Notes under the pieces: model-generated | What the model was told of the DNA's origin: nothing | Seen by the model: the letters and a program-made list of their open reading frames with translations, nothing else | Databases searched by the model: none | NCBI GenBank assembly: GCA_965205605.1 | Contig: CBDBHE010000007.1 | Location: 352,001-416,000, forward strand | Source of the DNA: Spirochaetota bacterium | Lineage (GTDB): Bacteria > Spirochaetota > UBA12135 > COTS27 > CBDBHE01 | Direction of reading: 5' to 3' | Length of the DNA stretch: 64,000 nt | In this document: in pieces, positions 18,427 through 26,711 of the stretch | Layout: each line of letters opens with the position of its first letter | Numbering within the stretch: position 1 is the first letter of the stretch | Made by a program: the position numbers and the translations under genes

Positions 18427-20865
18427 ATGGAAAAAACCCTTATTATTACTGAAAAACCAAGTGTTGCCGCTGATGTGGTAAAAGCTTTAAAAGAAAATTT
18501 TGACAAACAAAAAACACATTATGAAAATGAACGTTATCTTGTTTCATTTGCTTTAGGACATTTACTGACCATTTGTGAGCCTCAAGAAATGGATGAAAAA
18601 TATAAATCTTGGTCATTTAAAGCACTGCCGATCTTACCTAAAAAATATTTATTAAAACCGATTCCCACTAGTAGAGGGCAATTAAAAATTTTAGCCAGTT
18701 TAATTAAGAAAAAAGAAGTAACGCACATTATTAATGCCTGTGATGCGGGAAGAGAAGGTGAGCTGATTTTTAGATACATCATGGAATATGTCCCCAAGAA
18801 ATCAATAGAAGGTAAAAAACTCAGTCGTCTTTGGCTACAAAGTATGACTCAAGAGGCTATTAAGGAAGGCCTTGAAAACTTAAAAGAAGATAAAGAACTG
18901 ATCGCCTTATCGAATGCAGCGAAAAGTCGATCGGAAGCAGATTGGTTAATTGGGATTAATGGCTCCAGAGGGCTGACGAGCTATATTTCCAAATATGGAG
19001 GATTTTTTATTACTCCTTGTGGGCGAGTACAAACACCGACGCTTTCGATTATTGTTAAAAGAGAAAATGAAAGAAAAAATTTTGTTAATCAAAATTATTG
19101 GAATATTTTTGCTCAATTTGAAAGCGGAAAGCAAACGTATGAAGGGAAGTGGTTTGATGCTAAGTTTAAAAAAAAGAAGCAAGAAGAAGCTCAAAATCCT
19201 GAAAGACTATGGGATAAAAAAAAAGTCGAAAGAATCATTGAAAATTGTGATAACAAACAAGGCCATGTCGATGAAAAAATAAGAACCTCTTTTCAAAAAA
19301 GTCCTTTACTCTATGATTTAACCACGCTACAAAGAGAAGCCAATAGTCGTTTTGGGTTTTCGGCAAAGCAAACGCTTTCGATTGCGCAGGCCTTGTATGA
19401 AAGACATAAGGTGTTAACGTATCCTAGAACCAGTAGTCGGTATTTGCCAGAAGATTATTTGGGGGTCATCAAGCAACTGTTTTTAGGATTAAAAGACAGG
19501 GGTCGCACTGGAAAGTTTGCGAAAATTGCTTTAGAGAAAGGTTATGTTAAATTTGACAAAAGAGTGTTTAATAATCAAAAAGTCTCAGATCACCATGCGA
19601 TTATTCCAACAAATAAAATTCCTGGAAAGCTCAAGGAAGGAGAGCAAAAAATTCACCAAATGGTCATCCAAAGAACACTGGCAATTTTTTATCCTCCTGC
19701 TAAATACTTATTAACGACTCGCATTTCCACCATTAATGAACACACGTTTAAAACAGAAGGAAAGATTTTAAAAGAAGCTGCTTGGAAAGCCATCTACGGG
19801 AGTACTAAAGCCAATACGCTCTTACAACCTTTACAAGAAACGACAACACTCGCAAAAAAAGTGACTTACGAACAAAATCAAACAAAACCCCCGGGAAGAT
19901 TTACAGAGTCTTCATTGCTTTCTGCTATGGAAGGGGCTGGGAAGTTCGTTGAAAATGAAGAACTTAAAGAAGCTTTAAAAGAAAGAGGCATCGGCACCCC
20001 AGCGACTCGTGCTCAAGTCATTGAAAAATTGATTAGTGATAAATATATCGTAAGAGAAGATAGAGCTTTAATCCCAACCACCAAAGCTTTCGAGCTCATT
20101 TCTCTTTTACAAGCGATGCATCTTCAAAACTTGCAATCTGCTGAATTAACGGGAAAATGGGAATATAAATTAACTTTGATTGAAAAAAATCAGCTTTCAA
20201 GAGAAACTTTTATGGATAGCATTAATGAAGAAGCCAAAAATATGATCGAAAAAATTAAGTCGTTTGATGAAGACACTACTAAAAAAGAAGCAACGTTTAG
20301 CCCAATTGACGGGGTGAAATATTATGAAACGATTATGCGTTATTTTTCAGAAGATAAATCACTTGTGATTCGAAAAATGATGGGAGGAAGAATTTTTTCT
20401 AATGAAGAAGTTTGCACTCTGATTAAAAAAGGAAAAATAGGTCCTTTGGAAGGGTTTCGTAGCAAGAGAGGCAATGCTTTTACCGCTTCGATTGTTTTAG
20501 AAAACAAAAAAGCCAAGTTTGTTTTTTCTAATAATCAAGTAGAAGACACCATTGATTTAAAAGAAGCTACTTTAGTGGGGCATTCTCCTATAGATAATAC
20601 AGAAGTCTATCAGACATTAAATGTCTATATTTCTAAATCTGCCATTGAAAAAAAAAATACCGGACTTAAAATTAATCGCATTATTTTAGGAAAAGAAATT
20701 ACAATTGAAAACATGAACAAAATTTTGAATAAAGAAAAAACAGAGCTCATTACAGGATTTAGATCTTCAAAAACCAAACGCCTTTTTGATGCGTACTTGC
20801 AACTCGATGAAAAAGGTAAAATCAAGTTTTCTTTTCCAGAAAAAAAAAAGAAAACTAAAAAATAA
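18427..20865 (+). CDS. topB: DNA topoisomerase III with C-terminal GFRS repeats
   Basis: TEKPSVA, NACDAGREGELIF, GRVQTPTL, catalytic LTYPRT, GIGTPATRA. Confidence 0.92.
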   Translation: MEKTLIITEKPSVAADVVKALKENFDKQKTHYENERYLVSFALGHLLTICEPQEMDEKYKSWSFKALPILPKKYLLKPIPTSRGQLKILASLIKKKEVTHIINACDAGREGELIFRYIMEYVPKKSIEGKKLSRLWLQSMTQEAIKEGLENLKEDKELIALSNAAKSRSEADWLIGINGSRGLTSYISKYGGFFITPCGRVQTPTLSIIVKRENERKNFVNQNYWNIFAQFESGKQTYEGKWFDAKFKKKKQEEAQNPERLWDKKKVERIIENCDNKQGHVDEKIRTSFQKSPLLYDLTTLQREANSRFGFSAKQTLSIAQALYERHKVLTYPRTSSRYLPEDYLGVIKQLFLGLKDRGRTGKFAKIALEKGYVKFDKRVFNNQKVSDHHAIIPTNKIPGKLKEGEQKIHQMVIQRTLAIFYPPAKYLLTTRISTINEHTFKTEGKILKEAAWKAIYGSTKANTLLQPLQETTTLAKKVTYEQNQTKPPGRFTESSLLSAMEGAGKFVENEELKEALKERGIGTPATRAQVIEKLISDKYIVREDRALIPTTKAFELISLLQAMHLQNLQSAELTGKWEYKLTLIEKNQLSRETFMDSINEEAKNMIEKIKSFDEDTTKKEATFSPIDGVKYYETIMRYFSEDKSLVIRKMMGGRIFSNEEVCTLIKKGKIGPLEGFRSKRGNAFTASIVLENKKAKFVFSNNQVEDTIDLKEATLVGHSPIDNTEVYQTLNVYISKSAIEKKNTGLKINRIILGKEITIENMNKILNKEKTELITGFRSSKTKRLFDAYLQLDEKGKIKFSFPEKKKKTKK

Positions 20866-22356
20866 ATGATTTCTAAACAAACTTTTAAACAACCTAAGAT
20901 AATTGTCTTAATGGCTTTTTTATTAGGTTGTCTTGTTTTATTAGCGTTCATTTTAAAAGGTCTATTTTCACTTGAAAATGGCAATTATTATGATACGGTG
21001 ATTATTAACGGGCGAGTGATTGATCCAGAGAAAAAAATCAATACAATTTTAAATATAGGCGTTCGTCAAGGGATGATTAAAACCATTACGACCAATCATA
21101 TTAATGGAAAAAAAGTCATTAATGCCAGTGGTTTGGTAGTGGCTCCTGGGTTTATTAATTTGCATGTGCATACGATGGATAATGAAACCTTTAGGCTTTT
21201 AGCTCATGACGGGGTTTCTAGTGCTTTAGAATTAGAAGGTGGCCATTATAATATTGATCAGTTTTATCAATCAAGAAATGGCAAGTCGTATCTTAACTAT
21301 GGCACTAGTGTCGGCCACATGCCAACCCGAATGCACCTCTATGAAGATCCAGGGGATATGATTGCAAGTGGTCCTGCAGCCATTCAAAAAGCAACCAAAC
21401 AAGAGCTTCTTTTTATTTTAAAAGCAATTGAAAAAGGACTCTCAAAAGGAGCTTTAGGGATTGGGTTTGCCTTAGCCTATACGCCGGGAGCTTCTGAATA
21501 TGAAATCTTAGAAGCTTTTCGTTTATCCGCAAGATATCAAGCCCCTGCTTTTGTACACACAAGATTTTCAGGTAGCAATAGTTTACGAGGACTGATGGAA
21601 GTCATCGCATACTCATCGATCACTCGTGCTCCTTTACATATTCATCATATTACTAGCACAGGGGGAAAATATTCTCTTGGTCTTTTAAAAATCATTGAAG
21701 AAGTAAACGCCAAAAGCCAGCTAAATATCACCACTGAAGTTTATCCTTATACCAAAGGAATGACGAGTATTCAAGCCAATTTTTTTAAACAAGAACATTT
21801 TCTAAATAAAAAAATCTTTAAATACAAAGAATTTCTTTACGTTAAAACAGGTGAACTCTTAAACGAAACCAACTTTGATGCTTATCAAAAACAAGGTGGA
21901 TGGGTGGTCTTTGGCAACATTCCAAAACAAGTCGTTGATAAAGCCGTTTTACACCCGATGGTGATGATAGCAAGTGATACAATTTTAGTAGATGGGAAGG
22001 GGCATCCAAGAAATGCAGGTAGTTTTTCAAAAATACTACGATATTATGTAAGGGAGAAAAAATGGTTAAATCTTAGTGAAGCCATTGAGAAAATGACATT
22101 GATGCCGGCAAAAAGACTGGAGACAAGAGCTCCTATCATGAAACGCAAAGGACGCATTCAAATAGGTGCTCATGCTGACATTACAATCTTTAACCCCGAG
22201 CTCATTAGTGATCAGTCAACGTATCAAAATCCATCTTCCCCATCAAAAGGAGTTGAGTACCTTCTTATTATGGGGGAGCTTCTTATTGACAAGGGAAACT
22301 TTAACCCCAATGTTTATCCTGGAAAAGCCATTAGAGCCCCTAGACAAAAAATGTGA
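20866..22356 (+). CDS. Amidohydrolase (D-aminoacylase/D-glutamate deacylase-like) with N-terminal anchor
   Basis: APGFINLHVH, VHTR, HIHH, IASD, HPRNAG, KGRIQIGAHADI. Confidence 0.82.
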   Translation: MISKQTFKQPKIIVLMAFLLGCLVLLAFILKGLFSLENGNYYDTVIINGRVIDPEKKINTILNIGVRQGMIKTITTNHINGKKVINASGLVVAPGFINLHVHTMDNETFRLLAHDGVSSALELEGGHYNIDQFYQSRNGKSYLNYGTSVGHMPTRMHLYEDPGDMIASGPAAIQKATKQELLFILKAIEKGLSKGALGIGFALAYTPGASEYEILEAFRLSARYQAPAFVHTRFSGSNSLRGLMEVIAYSSITRAPLHIHHITSTGGKYSLGLLKIIEEVNAKSQLNITTEVYPYTKGMTSIQANFFKQEHFLNKKIFKYKEFLYVKTGELLNETNFDAYQKQGGWVVFGNIPKQVVDKAVLHPMVMIASDTILVDGKGHPRNAGSFSKILRYYVREKKWLNLSEAIEKMTLMPAKRLETRAPIMKRKGRIQIGAHADITIFNPELISDQSTYQNPSSPSKGVEYLLIMGELLIDKGNFNPNVYPGKAIRAPRQKM

Positions 22357-22389
22357 TTTTTTTAAAAAATAAATAATGATAGAGGTTTA

Positions 22390-23673
22390 ATGATGAGTTG
22401 TGATGTCGTGCTAGGCGGTCAGTGGGGAGATGAAGGAAAAGCAAAAATTATTGATGCGATTTGTAAAAATTACCAAGTCGTTAGCCGTTATCAAGGAGGA
22501 GCTAATGCAGGGCATACGGTTTATAATGCAGAAAATAAAAAATATGTTTTCCATCTTTTTCCTTCTGGGATTTTAAATGACAATACAATTTGCGTCATTG
22601 CCAATGGTGCTGTCTTAGAAATTGAAGCCTTTTTAGAAGAAGCAACTTTACTTCGAAAAAATAAGATTCGTTTTGAAAATAAAATTAAAATTAGTTCTCA
22701 ATGTTTTTTAGTCTTACCTTTTCATAAAATTCTCGATGAAGCCAAAGAAAAAAAAAGAAAAAAACAATTTTTTATTGGGACCACTAAAAAAGGAATTGGC
22801 CCCGCCTATATTGATAAATATAGTCGTATCGGGATACGCGTTTCTGACTTAAAATACCCAAACCAACTTAAAGAAAAACTAGAAGAAAATGTAAAGGAAA
22901 AAAATATAATGTTAAAACATTATCACAACGAAAAAGAAATTGATATCAAGCCCATCTTTAACACTCTCATAAAACAATATGAACTTATCAAACCCTTTGT
23001 CATTGAAAGTCCTTTTTACTTTAACCAAATCCTCAAAGAAGGTAAAAAAATCCTACTTGAAGGAGCTCAAGGGAGTGGATTGGACATTGATTTTGGAACG
23101 TATCCGTATGTGACAAGCTCTTCACCCACTTCTGCTGGAGCTTGTACTGGGACAGGAATTGGGGTTAAAAAAATTAATGAAATTATAGGAGTTTTTAAAG
23201 CTTATATTACTCGAGTGGGCCAAGGGCCTTTACCCACTAAATTGCCAGAAGATCGTATTGAACAACTACGAAAATATGGATGTGAATTTGGGGCCACAAC
23301 AGGTAGAGCCAGAGAATGTGGTTGGTTTGACACCATTCAAGCAAAATACAGCATTATCATCAATAACATCACCTCCATTGCTTTAACAAAGCTAGATGTT
23401 TTAGATCATTATGAAGTGATTAAAGTTTGTACTCATTATCTTTTAGGTGAGAAAAAAATAGAAAACTTCCCCTTAAACACCAACCTCTTAAAAAAAGTAA
23501 AACCTGTTTATGAAGAATTACCCGGTTGGCAAGAAAAAACAAGCCATATTAAAGACTTTGATGCTCTTCCTAAAAACGCTAAAAACTATATTCTTTGTAT
23601 TGAAAAGCACCTCGATTGTCCCATCAAGTTTATTTCTAATGGACCAAATCGTTTATCGCTTATTTACCGATAA
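22390..23673 (+). CDS. purA: Adenylosuccinate synthetase
   Basis: GQWGDEGKAK, GGANAGHT, EGAQG, GTYPYVTSS, GATTGR, TKLDVL. Confidence 0.98.
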   Translation: MMSCDVVLGGQWGDEGKAKIIDAICKNYQVVSRYQGGANAGHTVYNAENKKYVFHLFPSGILNDNTICVIANGAVLEIEAFLEEATLLRKNKIRFENKIKISSQCFLVLPFHKILDEAKEKKRKKQFFIGTTKKGIGPAYIDKYSRIGIRVSDLKYPNQLKEKLEENVKEKNIMLKHYHNEKEIDIKPIFNTLIKQYELIKPFVIESPFYFNQILKEGKKILLEGAQGSGLDIDFGTYPYVTSSSPTSAGACTGTGIGVKKINEIIGVFKAYITRVGQGPLPTKLPEDRIEQLRKYGCEFGATTGRARECGWFDTIQAKYSIIINNITSIALTKLDVLDHYEVIKVCTHYLLGEKKIENFPLNTNLLKKVKPVYEELPGWQEKTSHIKDFDALPKNAKNYILCIEKHLDCPIKFISNGPNRLSLIYR

Positions 23674-24333
23674 AGACACCGTTATCACATAAAGGACATA
23701 CACAGCACCTTTACTAAGATCAATCGTTTGTAAACGATACGTTATTTTTCTACCATCCCTGCGATCGGTATACAACTTATCTTCTTTTAAATTAGCTAAA
23801 TGCTCATAAATGCTTTTAGAAAAAAGAGCAAAATAGTCTTCTTTTTCTTCAGTAAATTGAGTTTTGAATTCTTCAGCTTTTCGGTTTACATAAACCACTG
23901 CCAATTTAGAATTAAAAATAAAAATAGGTAATTTTAAAAAATCAAAAATGGTTTTATATTCTCCCAGACCAAGATTTAGAACAGGTCTAAAAGTAAGATT
24001 AAACTCTTCTTCTGAGTAAAGGTAAATACTTAAATCAAGTGAATTAACCGTTGGAATAATCACTGGTTCTTCAAGTTTATCGACTTTTTGAAAAAAATCC
24101 TCTAGTTGAAGATTTTCTAAAATACGACTTAGATTAGCCGTAAGAGGTTTTTTAAAAAACTCAACATGATTGGCTTGACGAAGGGTTTTCCCTTTTGAAA
24201 TATACCCTTTGATTTCATGATTTCGAATCACCGGGATACTATCTAAAGAATATTTAAAAAAAAGATTAAAAATATCTTCAGGAGTAATTTTTTTTGAAAA
24301 AAGAGAAGTTTGTTCTTTTGGACGATCTTTCAA
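23653..24333 (-). CDS. Hypothetical protein with CBS-like and PAS-like segments
   Basis: DSIPVI...KGYIS is CBS-like; IFDFLKLPIFIFN..VVYVNRKAE is PAS-like. Confidence 0.5.
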   Translation of the reverse strand: MKDRPKEQTSLFSKKITPEDIFNLFFKYSLDSIPVIRNHEIKGYISKGKTLRQANHVEFFKKPLTANLSRILENLQLEDFFQKVDKLEEPVIIPTVNSLDLSIYLYSEEEFNLTFRPVLNLGLGEYKTIFDFLKLPIFIFNSKLAVVYVNRKAEEFKTQFTEEKEDYFALFSKSIYEHLANLKEDKLYTDRRDGRKITYRLQTIDLSKGAVYVLYVITVSLSVNKR

Positions 24334-24364
24334 AATAAAGGACTTTTATTAAAAATCATGGATG

Positions 24365-24682
24365 CTATTTTTTTATTTTTTTCCCTTGAGAAAGCTCAAA
24401 TAAAAAAAGAGGCCAAGAAATTAACACCGGAACCGTAAAAATTGAAGCTGAAATAATGATTTCATTTTGATATTCTCCCGTTCTGTTCACTTGTACCAGC
24501 GTTAATAAAGGTAGCAATGTAATGATACCAAGCTCAAACAAGTTAGAAGAAGTTCGCTCTTTATCAATAGAAAGAATTTTATAAGGGAGGGTGTTTGATT
24601 TTTGAGTAAAAGCAAAGCTTAAACAACTTAAAAAAATTAAAACAATTATTTTCTCTTTCATGGATAAAAAATCATTCCTCAC
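24365..24682 (-). CDS. Small exported/membrane hypothetical protein
   Basis: Signal-like MKEKIIVLIFLSCLSFA plus two hydrophobic segments. Confidence 0.45.
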   Translation of the reverse strand: MRNDFLSMKEKIIVLIFLSCLSFAFTQKSNTLPYKILSIDKERTSSNLFELGIITLLPLLTLVQVNRTGEYQNEIIISASIFTVPVLISWPLFLFELSQGKKIKK

Positions 24683-24782
24683 TCACTACCCTCTATTATA
24701 GTATCGAAAGAAAAAGAAATTAACCAAAACAACGATATAAATTCACACAAAAGTTATAAGTTTACAAAAAATTTTTATGATA

Positions 24783-25500
24783 TTAATGAGATCGCCATAA
24801 AGCATTAATTTTATCTTCTATTTTTTTCCCCATGGCTTTAATGAGCTGTTTGCTGCCTTCGATGAGTTTTTCTTCGACTTCGAGTTCCCCAACGATTTTG
24901 GTTTGCTCTTCTAAAGGAAGAATAGGTAGAAATAATTGTTTTAGTTCTTTAAACCCACTTTTTACACATACCTCTTTTTTAATACTACTATTAAAGGGAC
25001 CTCTTAATAAATCAATAACATCATCAAATTTTTTAAGTGGGTATTTAAAAGGTTTGGATTTTTCTTCACTGAGAAGTTTTAAAAATAAAACATTCGCAAA
25101 TTCATTAAATGGATCAAGCCCAGCTCGTAACCCTTCCCCTCTTAAAATATTATTAATTTCATCAAAAAGTGTGATTAAATCACCTCTATTTTTAATGCTC
25201 TCTTTATCGATGGTAAAAGCTTCATGCCTTCTCGTTTTTAAAAACTCTAAAGCTTCACGATGTCGTAACAATTCTTTGACTTCTTTATTATTAAGTTTTA
25301 AACGCTCGCCATGATATAAATATCTTGTTTCACAGTGTGATCCATTAGAGGCAAATATCAAAGGAACACCTAAAGCTTTAGCATAGCCTACTGCTTTTTT
25401 TTCACTACTAGGGTCTAAAGTCCAACCTTTGTTTTTTAGATTTTAATCGATGATATATCTAACAGTTGTTTCTTGAAAAGCAGAGTCAATATTAATGATT
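24783..25500 (-). pseudogene. Relic of a fused restriction-modification gene (HsdR_N / N6-MTase / specificity; type IIG- or I-like)
   Basis: In-frame upstream extension QETTVRYIID*NLKNKGW..GYAKALGVPLIFASNG with TAA at 25443-25445; NNILRGEGLRAG..F.EFANVLFLKLLSE (HsdM_N-like); LPLEEQTKIV (HsdS-like); no MTase catalytic motifs. Confidence 0.72.
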
Positions 25501-25634
25501 TCAAAGAAAAATTTGAATCACAAAAAAAATAGAAGATGATGACATCCTTACCACTTCACAATTCAAAATAAGTCTCTAAAACAAATAAGTTTTTTTACTT
25601 TTTTTGGATCAACTTGTATCTAGTAATAGCTACC

Positions 25635-26708
25635 TTAATAAACATTAAGTAGTAATTCTCCTATCATTTCCACTTGTTCATTAGTTAAAGTAGGATACAG
25701 AGGCAAACAAAGTGTTTTTCTTTGTAAAAAGCTGGCCTGAGGTAAGGAAGATTGAAAATGGTTTTCATCTTCAAAAAAAGGGGTTTTAAAAATAGCCTTT
25801 AAGCCAATCCGGTAAGACTGAAAAAAATCAATCATGATTTTCTGAGATCCTTCTACTTTAATGGGGAAAAAGCCAAAATGATACTCTGCTTGCTTATTTA
25901 AAGAGAAGGTTTGATGGGCACTTTTACTAAGGGCTTTAAAATAAAACTCTGTGATTTCTTGTCTTCTTTTAATAAATCGCTCAATGAGAGAAAGCTCTGA
26001 TAAACCAATGGCCGCATGAATATCGGTTGTAGAAAAATTGAGCCTTGCTTTAAGAGATTTATTTTCTTTGAAAGCCAACAAAGCTTTAAAATGATCTGAG
26101 CGTTTAGCAGATAAAGCTCCCCCTTGAGCCATGGTAATCATTCGTTTTGGGCTAAAAGAAAAAAATGAAAAATCTCCCTTTAAACCCAATTTTTGACCTT
26201 TAAGCCCGCATCCCAAAGCGTTGGAGCAATCTTCAATAATCACAGGAGCTGTTGTGTTTTGCTTTAAAGGCAACTGGTCTAAATCAAAAGGATAGCCTAA
26301 GTGATGGGTAATAATGATGGCTTTTGTATTTTCAGTTTGTTTTTTCAGGAGATCGTCCCGATTGATTTCAAGGGAATCTGGATGGACATCGACTAAAATT
26401 GGGGTAACTTGAAATAAGTAAAGAATTTCTAAGATGAAAGATTCTCCTAGAGCACTTAAAAGAACTTCATCTCCTTTTTTTAAGTTAATCGTTTTGCAAA
26501 TCAAATACAAAGCAGAAGAAGCATGATTGACAAGAAGGATTTTTTTAGTTCCTAAATATCGAGCTAATTGTTTTTCTAATTTTTTAGTTAATGACCCTTC
26601 TGAGATGTGATCGGTCAACATACATTCTAAAACACCAATGAGATCTTTTTTGGAAATAGTTGGTTTCGAATAAGGAATGGCAGATTTTTGATTTTTTATA
26701 GCTAACAT
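25635..26708 (-). CDS. DegT/DnrJ/EryC1/StrS-family aminotransferase-like protein (possibly degenerate)
   Basis: IPYSKP, GDEV, IIEDCS, FSFSPKRMIT..GG and LCLPLYP motifs. Confidence 0.85.
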   Translation of the reverse strand: MLAIKNQKSAIPYSKPTISKKDLIGVLECMLTDHISEGSLTKKLEKQLARYLGTKKILLVNHASSALYLICKTINLKKGDEVLLSALGESFILEILYLFQVTPILVDVHPDSLEINRDDLLKKQTENTKAIIITHHLGYPFDLDQLPLKQNTTAPVIIEDCSNALGCGLKGQKLGLKGDFSFFSFSPKRMITMAQGGALSAKRSDHFKALLAFKENKSLKARLNFSTTDIHAAIGLSELSLIERFIKRRQEITEFYFKALSKSAHQTFSLNKQAEYHFGFFPIKVEGSQKIMIDFFQSYRIGLKAIFKTPFFEDENHFQSSLPQASFLQRKTLCLPLYPTLTNEQVEMIGELLLNVY

Positions 26709-26711
26709 GAT

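Noticed and set aside
24832-25314. 160-aa plus-strand ORF
   Set aside because: Ser/Leu-rich antisense shadow of the R-M relic
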